A stretch of DNA of 32,000 nucleotides from Candidatus Saccharimonadota bacterium (GTDB taxonomy: Bacteria; Patescibacteriota; Gracilibacteria; BD1-5; UBA6164). This document shows, piece after piece, positions 1 to 7,569 of this stretch; the first letter of the stretch is position 1, and every line of letters begins with the position of its first letter. The position numbers and the translations under genes are program-made. The stretch is from NCBI GenBank assembly GCA_965227835.1, contig OZ245768.1, positions 930,001 to 962,000 on the forward strand. Reading direction: 5' to 3'. The notes beneath the pieces were generated by a model. That model was not told where the DNA came from and did not search any database. It saw nothing but the letters and a program-made list of their open reading frames with translations.

Positions 1-665
1 TAAGCCTAAGTAATTTAAATGAAGTTTGAGGAAATTTATACTTAGGCTGAACTTCTATAACAAATTTAGGAGAATTAAGGAAAGTTTGAGGAGATTTATA
101 TTTAATATGATTATCTAAAAAAAATATAATAAATATAAGAAAAGAAATAAAAAATAAAAAAATACATATATGATGAGAAATCATATATGACTGAAAATAT
201 ATTTATGAAAAATTTTCAATTTTCTTTGACTACTTGTGAGAATTTAATGATGATGAAAATTTAGATAATTCAAAAATAGAAAAAGAAAAACAGGAATTTA
301 TCGAAAAATACTGATACAGTAGTGCTAAAAGATCAGATTCAGTTAAAAAAGATTTAAATTTAATTGCAAATATATTTTACTATTTTATTGTTGATAACTT
401 CATAGAAGAATGAGAAAAAATTAAAAAAATAATAAAAGAATTAAAAAAAAGTAATAAAAATGAAAAAAGTATAAAAGAAGAAAAATTAAATTTAAGGTTA
501 AAATTACATAATAAGCTAGAAGAAAAATTTAATGAAATAAATCATTACTTTTGAGAAGATATTAAAAAAAGATTAGAAGATGAATTTAAAATGGAAATGA
601 CAAAGAATAGTGATGATAGTAAATATCTACCAGTAGAACTGGTAGCTTTAAATGGAAGCCCCTAG
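1..665 (+). CDS. Leucine-rich-repeat (LRR) protein, paralog 1, 5'-partial (codon phase starts at nt 3)
   Basis: With TGA=Gly it reads ...LSNLNEVGGNLYLGGTSITNLGELRKVGGDLYLIG..., followed by a C-terminal domain colinear with paralog 3 (...HYFGEDIKKRLEDEFKMEMTKNSDD). The native stop (DDN-TAA, as at 3679-3681) is displaced by the IS200-like insertion. This adds 15 IS-derived codons up to TAG 663-665. Confidence 0.75.
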
Positions 666-1235
666 AAGGGGCTAAAATAGTTTTTACCAGTTTAAATCTA
701 ACTGATTTCCATCAATGGTTTTATCCTTATGTTGCTGATGTTGAACATAATTTTTTATCATATCCAAGTCAAGTCAAACTGTACTTACATAGTATCATCT
801 ACTCCAGAAATTCTTCGAGTACAGTCATTTCTTCTTACTATGTTTGTTATGAAGTATTATTGCACTCTTTCATTTCAATCTTCACAGAATTTCTGCAACA
901 GAGTATTTTGGAGATATCCTCAAAACGAGATGAACATGATCTATCGTTATATTTCATTTTAATATCTCAAAATCATATCTCTTTGCAAGTTCATGAAATG
1001 TGTCTCGTATATCTTTTCTAACTGATTGAAAAAGTATTTTTTTTCGGTACTTTGGTACCACCACTATGTGGTAAGTGCAGTCCCAATTCACATGGGACTG
1101 CTTTGCGTATTTGTGGGACATATCTTTAAAAAGTTATTCCCCTCCTAGGTGCTTCCTAGAAGATTATACACAACTACCGGAACGGTAAAACCTCCACTAC
1201 TCGCACCAGCAGAGCTGGTGGTTTAGTGTTGGATT
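619..1235 (-). mobile_element. IS200/IS605-family insertion (tnpA only), inserted at the stop codon of LRR paralog 1
   Basis: The empty site is visible at 3670-3690 (gatgataattaaattttt); here the same sequence is split by ~617 bp. There is no obvious target duplication. Subterminal perfect hairpins are typical of the family: CTACCAG-n5-CTGGTAG (627-645), AGCCCCT-n3-AGGGGCT (657-673) and CACCAGC-n3-GCTGGTG (1204-1220). Confidence 0.85.
684..1121 (-). CDS. tnpA: IS200-type Y1 (HUH) transposase TnpA, 145 aa, intact
   Basis: Hand translation: MSHKYAKQSHVNWDCTYHIVVVPKYRKKILFQSVRKDIRDTFHELAKRYDFEILKGNITIDHVHLVLRISPKYSVAEILGRLKGKSAIILHNK...FWSRGYYVSTVGLD. It carries the HxH (HVHLV) motif and the catalytic-Tyr region. 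Four in-frame TGA fall where Gly is expected (LKG, ILGRLKGKS). Length is 438 nt. Confidence 0.9.
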
Positions 1236-1658
1236 AATTAAATTTTTATTTAAAAAATAATGGTAGATAAAAATAACATTCTTGAAGAAAAATTAACACC
1301 TAAAGATAGACTAAGAATTATTCTAACTCCTGAAGATTTCAAGGACTATGAAAGAATGGTTGAAGAATCTTACGGTAAAATATCTTGGGAGAAATTGGAA
1401 GAATATAGTGAATTTGATGAAAATCAAAACTTGAAAGGTATATATTGGAAGGGGAATTTAGATTTAAGTTGAACTTCTATAACAAGCTTAGGGAAATTAA
1501 AATATGTTTGAGGATATTTAGATTTAAAATGGACACCTATAACCGATTTAGAATATTTAGAGAAAATTTGAGGATATTTAGACCTAGAATCAACTTACAT
1601 AAAAGATTTATGAGAATTAAAAGAAGTTTGGGGAAGTTTAAATTTAGCTTGAACTAAA

Positions 1659-2864
1659 GGGACCTCTGCAAAAAGATAGATTTAAATTACAAAAATATAA
1701 TAAAAAGATTAAAATATGATAAATATTTTAATTTTTTTTTAATGATTATGTCACCATTTAAAGAACAACAAACATTTTTGAATTATTTCCAAAATGAGTT
1801 ATGAATTACAAGAACAGAAAAGTTTCTAACAAAATTAGATAAAGTAGTCCCATGGGAATCAATATCAAATAAAATTAATTTATCTAGAGAAATATCAGAT
1901 TGATGAGTTTGAAGACCAAGAATGGAAATACAAAAAATGTTAAAAATACTATTTCTTCAATGACTATATGGATTATCAGATCCGGAAATAGAAGATCAAA
2001 TAAGAGACAGAAATAGCTTTCAAAAGTTTCTATGAATATCTGAATCTAAAGATATACCAGATGAAACAACAATATGTAGATTTAGAAATGAATTATCAGA
2101 AAACTGAAGTCAGGAAACTATATTTACAATGACTCAATTTATTTTAGCTGAAATGTGATTTACAGTAGAAAAGTGATTTATTCAAGATGGTACTATAATA
2201 GAATCACCAAAATGAAGAAAGAATAATAAATGAGAAAATACAAGAGATAAGGAAGCTAGTTTTACAAAGAAGAATTGAAGAAGTTATCATTGATATAAAG
2301 CTCATATTGAAACAACAAAGAGAGGAGACTTTGTAATGAATACAACATATACGACAGCTAAGATACATGATTCACAATTATCTGATACTTTAATGACTTG
2401 AGATGAGAGTGAAGAGGCATATTGAGATAGTGCCTATATAAGTAAAGATAAAATAAAATTTTTAGATGAGTTATGAATTAAGTGAGAGTTCAATGAAAGA
2501 TGATCTAGAAATAATCCGTTGACTTCTTATCAAAAAGAACAAAATAGAATTAAATCTACTATTAGGGCAAGAGTAGAACATCCTTTTTCTATTTTAAAGG
2601 CTAAATATTGAAATTATAAAACAAGATATAGATGATTAGTTAAGAATGCTATGCACTGGTTTTTATCTTGTGCTATTTATAATTTTGAACTATTGGCAAG
2701 GAGGTATATATAGCTTTCTAATAGGTGAATTGTGCCTAAATTTGGAAATTATACCTAAAAAAAGGCATAATTCATAGAAATTATCTTATATATTCTTCAA
2801 AAAAAGTGATTTTTATTCAAAATCACTTTTTTCTTGTTCTTTTCAACAATATTGCAGAGGTCCC
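1659..2864 (+). mobile_element. IS5-family insertion sequence (about 1.2 kb)
   Basis: Terminal inverted repeats are GGGACCTCTGCAA (1659-1671) and TTGCAGAGGTCCC (2852-2864). They are flanked by direct TAAA (1655-1658 and 2865-2868). The uninterrupted target gaacTAAAataaaaag is seen at 4091-4106. Confidence 0.9.
1742..2713 (+). CDS. IS5-family DDE transposase, 323 aa
   Basis: Table 25 gives a single 972-nt ORF. Family-typical strings are GRPRMEIQKMLKILFLQGLYGLSDPEIEDQIRDRNSFQKFLGI, KKNGRSYHGYKAHI and RARVEHPFSILKAKYGNYKTRYRGLVKN. Every TGA sits at a position that is Gly in IS5-type transposases (GRP, FLGI, HGYKAH, YRGL). Confidence 0.9.
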
Positions 2865-3626
2865 TAAAATAAAAAGTTTAGGAAAATTGACAAAAGTTTG
2901 AGGCTTTTTAAATTTAAAATGAAGTTCCATAATAAATTTAGGAGATTTAGAGAAAGTTTGGGGAAGTGTAAATTTAGATTGAACTAAAATAGAAAGTTTA
3001 TTTAAACTAAAAGAAGTTTGAAGAAGTTTAGATTTATCTTTTACTTCTATAACAACCCTAGGAAATTTAGAGAAAGTTTGAGGAAGTTTAGATTTATCTT
3101 TTACTTCTATGATAAGCCTAGGAAATCTAAAAGAAGTTTGAGATAATTTAGGTTTGAGATGAATATCAAGAAAAAATATAAAAAATATAATAAAAGAGAT
3201 AAAAGATAAAAAAATACATATATGAGGTGAAATTATATATGATTGAAGAGCTTTAGACATTTATAAAGAATTTTCAATTTTCTTTAACTACTTGTGAGAA
3301 TTTAATGATGATGAAAATTTAGATAATTCAAAAATAGAAAAAGAAAAACAGGAATTTATCAAAAAATACTGAACTAGTAAAACGAAAAGATCATATTCAG
3401 TAAAAAAAGATTTAAATTTAATTGCAAACATATTTTTTTACTTTCTTATAGATAATATCATAGAAAAGTGAGCTAAAACTAAAAATCAGATAGAAGAATT
3501 AAAAAAAAGTAATAGAGATGAAAAAAGTATAAAAGAAGAAATAATAAGTTTAAAGTTAGCATTACACAATAAGTTGGATGAAAAATTTAGTGAAATAAAA
3601 CATTACTTTTGAGAAGATATAAAAAA
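2865..3626 (+). repeat. 762-bp block identical by eye to 4095-4856 (3' halves of LRR paralogs 2 and 3), part of a ~1.23-kb tandem gene duplication
   Basis: Line-by-line comparison found no mismatch until 3627/4857. The 5' parts (1215-1658 vs 3655-4098) differ at a few scattered positions. Confidence 0.85.
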
Positions 3627-3699
3627 AAGATTAGAAGATGAATTTAAAATGGAAATGACAAAGAATAGTGATGATAATTAAATTTTTATTTAAAAAATA

Positions 3700-4983
3700 A
3701 TGGTAGATAAAAATAACATTCTTGAAGAAAAATTAACACCTAAAGATAGACTAAAAATTATTCTAAATCCTGAAGATTTCAAGGATTATGAGAGAATGGT
3801 TGAAGAATCAGAAGGTATTATTTCTTGGGAGAAATTGGAAGAATATAGTGAGTTTGATGAAAATCAAAACTTGAAAGGTATATATTGGAAGGGGAATTTA
3901 GATTTAAGTTGAACTTCTATAACAAGCTTAGGGAAATTAAAATATGTTTGAGGAAATTTAGATTTAAAATGGACACCTATAACCGATTTAGAATATTTAG
4001 AGAAAATTTGAGGATATTTAGACCTAGAATCAACTTACATAAAAGATTTATGAGAATTAAAAGAAGTTTGGGGAAGTTTAAATTTAGCTTGAACTAAAAT
4101 AAAAAGTTTAGGAAAATTGACAAAAGTTTGAGGCTTTTTAAATTTAAAATGAAGTTCCATAATAAATTTAGGAGATTTAGAGAAAGTTTGGGGAAGTGTA
4201 AATTTAGATTGAACTAAAATAGAAAGTTTATTTAAACTAAAAGAAGTTTGAAGAAGTTTAGATTTATCTTTTACTTCTATAACAACCCTAGGAAATTTAG
4301 AGAAAGTTTGAGGAAGTTTAGATTTATCTTTTACTTCTATGATAAGCCTAGGAAATCTAAAAGAAGTTTGAGATAATTTAGGTTTGAGATGAATATCAAG
4401 AAAAAATATAAAAAATATAATAAAAGAGATAAAAGATAAAAAAATACATATATGAGGTGAAATTATATATGATTGAAGAGCTTTAGACATTTATAAAGAA
4501 TTTTCAATTTTCTTTAACTACTTGTGAGAATTTAATGATGATGAAAATTTAGATAATTCAAAAATAGAAAAAGAAAAACAGGAATTTATCAAAAAATACT
4601 GAACTAGTAAAACGAAAAGATCATATTCAGTAAAAAAAGATTTAAATTTAATTGCAAACATATTTTTTTACTTTCTTATAGATAATATCATAGAAAAGTG
4701 AGCTAAAACTAAAAATCAGATAGAAGAATTAAAAAAAAGTAATAGAGATGAAAAAAGTATAAAAGAAGAAATAATAAGTTTAAAGTTAGCATTACACAAT
4801 AAGTTGGATGAAAAATTTAGTGAAATAAAACATTACTTTTGAGAAGATATAAAAAATAGGTTGAAAGATGAATTTGAAAAAGAAATGGCAGATCTAAATA
4901 TCTATAAGAAAAAATCTAAAAATAAACTTAAATCAAAATACATAAACATAAAAAATATAGTAAAAAAATTATTTAAGAGCTAA
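3700..4983 (+). CDS. LRR protein paralog 3, intact, 427 aa (N-terminal domain, >=8 LRRs of 20 aa, charged/coiled C-terminal domain)
   Basis: A continuous 1284-nt frame with 18 in-frame TGA (Gly) and no TAA/TAG, checked codon by codon. Repeat pattern: LDLSGTSITSLGKLKYVGGN / LDLKWTPITDLEYLEKIGGY / LDLESTYIKDLGELKEVWGS / LNLAGTKIKSLGKLTKVGGF ... There is no signal peptide and no SD. Confidence 0.85.
3901..4380 (+). repeat. Tandem 60-bp coding repeats (one 20-aa LRR per unit, 8 units)
   Basis: The period is exactly 60 nt, so units line up with the 60-nt sequence lines. Consensus is gatttaNNNtgaactNNNataNNNNNNttaggaNNNttaNNNgaagtttgaggaNNNtta. The same repeat type occurs at 1-110, 1455-1658 and 2866-3150. 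Confidence 0.9.
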
Positions 4984-5040
4984 ATTTTTATCTTTTAATA
5001 GATAAAAATCTAGATAGTATTAAATAGATTCAAAAAAAAA

Positions 5041-5071
5041 TTGACTTATAATAAATAATTATTATTATATA
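5041..5071 (+). promoter_or_regulatory. Sigma70-like promoter of the 5108 gene (TTGACT -35, AT-rich -10 region)
   Basis: TTGACTTATA at 5041-5050 matches the -35 context of the three cassette promoters at 20305, 20986 and 21592. TATTAT lies at 5063-5068. The downstream leader tttttacatttcaaaatAGGAG resembles the cassette leader ttttccaatttttcaaaaAGGAG. Confidence 0.5.
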
Positions 5072-5107
5072 TACTTGTTTTTACATTTCAAAATAGGAGA
5101 AATTAAA

Positions 5108-5503
5108 GTGAAAAACAAAAAACTAGTCAAAAAGACATATGTTTGTTTTATGTCTCATAAATCACTTTTGCCAAAAGAATTATTGATAGAAGTGAAAGAG
5201 CGTAATCCAGAAAAATTGGATATTCCCGTTGACTGTATAGCTTTTCAATTTTTTGATGTTATTGGTAGAGAAGATAAAAACAATCACAAAGAAAAAGCTA
5301 GAAAACATAGTAACAGGGTAAATATATCCAATTTATACTATGTTGATGCAACTATTAAGGATAAGGACCAAGTTACTAAGGAAAGAGGAGAGGATTGTCT
5401 ACTACTTTTTAACATGTCAGTAAATGGTTGGGAAAAAGTCGTTCAATGTAAGAATGGTCACATAGAACCACTTAGAGTAGGTGATATCTTTGTTACTACA
5501 TAG
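5108..5503 (+). CDS. Hypothetical protein, 131 aa, TGA-free, GTG start
   Basis: AGGAGA sits 7 nt upstream of GTG 5108. The track's TTG 5075 start has no SD. It ends at TAG and is followed by a hairpin. I recognise no family. Confidence 0.55.
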   Translation: MKNKKLVKKTYVCFMSHKSLLPKELLIEVKERNPEKLDIPVDCIAFQFFDVIGREDKNNHKEKARKHSNRVNISNLYYVDATIKDKDQVTKERGEDCLLLFNMSVNGWEKVVQCKNGHIEPLRVGDIFVTT

Positions 5504-5526
5504 TAATAAAAATTATATCCTATTTG

Positions 5527-5560
5527 TTAAGCCTTCTTTATAAAAAGAAGGCTTAACTTT
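5527..5560 (+). terminator. Stem-loop terminator after the 5108 gene
   Basis: TTAAGCCTTCTT-tataaa-AAGAAGGCTTAA, followed by cttt. Confidence 0.55.
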
Positions 5561-5565
5561 TACAC

Positions 5566-5605
5566 AAAAAAAGAAGCCAACTCTTACGAGTTGGCTTCTC
5601 CTATT
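5566..5605 (-). terminator. Intrinsic terminator of the four-gene operon (bidirectional)
   Basis: GAAGCCAACTC-ttac-GAGTTGGCTTC. It is flanked by an A7 run on the + strand (a U-run for the minus transcript) and by ctattttt on the other side. Confidence 0.8.
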
Positions 5606-5649
5606 TTTGTTAAAATAAACCATACTTTTCTTGAAACAAGAAAGTAAAT

Positions 5650-6435
5650 TTATCCACAAAAGCCTTCATTGGCAGTTTGACTGAAAGAACCAGCATTTTG
5701 ACTAGCTCTTACAGCAGACTGACTGAAAACTTGAAAGGCCTTTCTAATCTCACTTTGAGAATTTCCAGGTGTGAGAATCCATTCATCACGAACACCCATA
5801 TCCGAAAAAACTCGCTTGAAATTAGTACGACCATCATCAATACCCATACCTGCAATAATGTGAACTTCACTAAGAAGCATATCATTTACAATTTTTTTTA
5901 CCTCAGGTGATTCTGCACGGGAATGTTCATCACATCCATCAGTAATAAAAAGTGTAGCTGTACGACAGGAAACTCCACTATCATTAAACTGCTTACATTT
6001 TGCAAGCACTGTTGCCAAGGTAACAATAGCTTTATCAAATAAAGGAGTTCCACCCATAGGAGAGTATTGCTGACTTATATCTATGTCTCCAGATATTGGC
6101 TGACAAGGATACAAAACTCCACTATTCATAGCAATAGCATAAACTAGTATGCTATCTTTTTGCTTAGAATCATATAGAGATTTAATTACCTCATCATGCC
6201 CATCAATAACAGTTTGAGTATTGTTGGAATAACCAATAGAACTTGAATCATCAGCCAATATTGAAACAATCATGACTTCGCTTGATTCAATATCAATATC
6301 CTCAGGAGTCAAACCAAGACCTTCTTGGATTTGAGCTCCCATATCATTGATTTTTATGACTTCACGAGCCTCAGGGGATATGGCCCCTTCTTGCTCAGAA
6401 CCATCAAAAAGATCTTCTAAATTTTGATTACTCAT
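5650..6435 (-). CDS. von Willebrand factor A (vWA) domain protein, TerY-like, 261 aa
   Basis: The MIDAS motif is complete: ILADDSSSIG (DxSxS), MGGTPL (Thr) and LFITDGCDEH (Asp). SD AAGGAGA lies 7 nt upstream. There is no in-frame TGA and the stop is TAA. Confidence 0.8.
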   Translation of the reverse strand: MSNQNLEDLFDGSEQEGAISPEAREVIKINDMGAQIQEGLGLTPEDIDIESSEVMIVSILADDSSSIGYSNNTQTVIDGHDEVIKSLYDSKQKDSILVYAIAMNSGVLYPCQPISGDIDISQQYSPMGGTPLFDKAIVTLATVLAKCKQFNDSGVSCRTATLFITDGCDEHSRAESPEVKKIVNDMLLSEVHIIAGMGIDDGRTNFKRVFSDMGVRDEWILTPGNSQSEIRKAFQVFSQSAVRASQNAGSFSQTANEGFCG

Positions 6436-6466
6436 TTTTAATTCTCCTTAATAAAAGAGGGATGAT

Positions 6467-6502
6467 GGTAGGAAGAAAAGGTGTAAAGCTTAACTTCCTA
6501 CC
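6467..6502 (-). promoter_or_regulatory. Intra-operon stem-loop between the hydrolase and vWA genes
   Basis: GGTAGGAAG (6467-6475) pairs with CTTCCTACC (6494-6502) around an 18-nt loop. It lies in the 73-nt gap, which is the only sizeable gap in the operon. It could be a partial terminator or an RNA-stability element. Confidence 0.4.
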
Positions 6503-6508
6503 AATATT

Positions 6509-7555
6509 TTAACTAAAATTTGGCCAGTTACCAAAATCCACGGATTTGACAACATTCATACCCGCATTGCGATAACGATCCAAAGCTGCTTCAGCTTGAG
6601 GAGTATAATCAACCAAAATTCCACCCTGACCATCAGGAACTGTAACAGCAGACATACAGTCTTCCATTACATAAACCTTTTTGGAAAGTTCAGAATTTTT
6701 GCTACTTATCTCACCAATTAAATCATCAATAGATGACAAGACACAGTGGCTAGAAGCCTGACCAGCGATAATGATACGATCATAGTTCAACAAAGAATTG
6801 AAAAAATTCGTATTTTTCTGAGCAAGCTGTGTTCCCTTATTATCATGACGACCTAATACTTCAGGCCTCAAAATTGAATAATTCTCTGTAAGAGGATGTC
6901 CACCTTTTATTTCACAAAGACCCTGACTTCCTCTAACATAGCTGTGAAACAATCTTGCTTCCTCTATTACTCCAGCCAATGCATGTCCAGGAGAACCAAG
7001 AAAACAATGTTCAGGCCACAAAAAAAGCTGATATTTACCTTCTTTTTCAAGTTCTTCACAATAGTAAATACACTGTTTCAAAAGCCAAGAATAAGCTCCT
7101 TTATCACCTGTAACTGCTTCTGTAACCAAGGGATTTGGTTTACAAATACCTTTTTTGATATCATCAGCAGTTACAATAGTATGGGAATCAGGGTTTGATC
7201 CATCCTCTCTTACCCAAAAAAATGGGAAAAAGATTTGGATAGGAAAGTGAGTATCAAGAGTGGTAGTAATTTGAGAAATACTACCCATATTTTTATGGAT
7301 AAACTCTGCTATCCTAGTAGAATCCTCTATGGCTCCTTTACCACTTCTACCTGCAACATACAAAGAACCTTCAGGGAAACAGAAATCCTTTTGCATATCT
7401 ATAAGAAGTAAAAGTGTTTTAAGCCTATCCATACTGGCAGGTTTGATGGAATTGGTAGACCTAAAATCATTTGCTTCTGTCGAAATCCCTCTTCGATCCG
7501 GCTGATAATCATAAAGCCCAGAGTTATTAGGGTTGAAAAAACTTGGTATATTCAT
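6509..7555 (-). CDS. Isochorismatase-fold cysteine hydrolase, PncA (nicotinamidase)-like, 348 aa
   Basis: Motifs are colinear with E. coli PncA. LLLIDMQKDFCFPEGSLYVAG matches LLLVDLQNDFCAGGALAV (catalytic Asp). LDTHFP matches DWHP. LWPEHCFLGSPGHAL matches FWPDHCVQNSEGAQL. EIKGGHPLTENYS matches HKGENPLVDSYS (Lys). AGQASSHCV matches GLATDYCV (nucleophile Cys). SD AGGAGA lies 7 nt upstream. There is no TGA. Confidence 0.75.
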   Translation of the reverse strand: MNIPSFFNPNNSGLYDYQPDRRGISTEANDFRSTNSIKPASMDRLKTLLLLIDMQKDFCFPEGSLYVAGRSGKGAIEDSTRIAEFIHKNMGSISQITTTLDTHFPIQIFFPFFWVREDGSNPDSHTIVTADDIKKGICKPNPLVTEAVTGDKGAYSWLLKQCIYYCEELEKEGKYQLFLWPEHCFLGSPGHALAGVIEEARLFHSYVRGSQGLCEIKGGHPLTENYSILRPEVLGRHDNKGTQLAQKNTNFFNSLLNYDRIIIAGQASSHCVLSSIDDLIGEISSKNSELSKKVYVMEDCMSAVTVPDGQGGILVDYTPQAEAALDRYRNAGMNVVKSVDFGNWPNFS

Positions 7556-7569
7556 AATGTTTTCTCCTG

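Larger units (their letters stand above)
1260..3681 (+). pseudogene. LRR protein paralog 2, disrupted by the IS5-family insertion
   Basis: The N-terminus MVDKNNILEEKLTPKDRL... is near-identical to paralog 3. The frame is interrupted after codon AAA 1656-1658 by the IS, and the 5' fragment then stops at TAG 1677-1679. The frame resumes at 2869 and runs to TAA 3679-3681. Removing 1659-2868 restores one ORF. Confidence 0.85.

Noticed and set aside
729-962. 77-aa plus-strand ORF inside the first IS200-like element.
   Set aside because: It is antisense to the intact tnpA.
1445-1657. 70-aa plus-strand ORFs 1445-1657 and 3885-4097 (MEGEFRFKLNFYNKLREIK...).
   Set aside because: They are in the wrong frame of the LRR repeats. 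The product is basic and low-complexity, and they overlap the true frame that continues through TGA-Gly codons.
2823-3260. 145-aa minus-strand ORF (and its twin at 4035-4490, 151 aa) with its own 20-aa periodicity (KxKLPQTF...).
   Set aside because: These are antisense shadows of the LRR repeats. The plus strand gives a coherent LRR protein with N- and C-terminal domains under table 25. The minus ORFs exist only because the 60-bp repeat lacks stops on that strand.
5075-5107. The TTG 5075 start for the 5108 gene.
   Set aside because: It has no ribosome-binding site and lies within a few nucleotides of the predicted promoter. GTG 5108 has AGGAGA 7 nt upstream.
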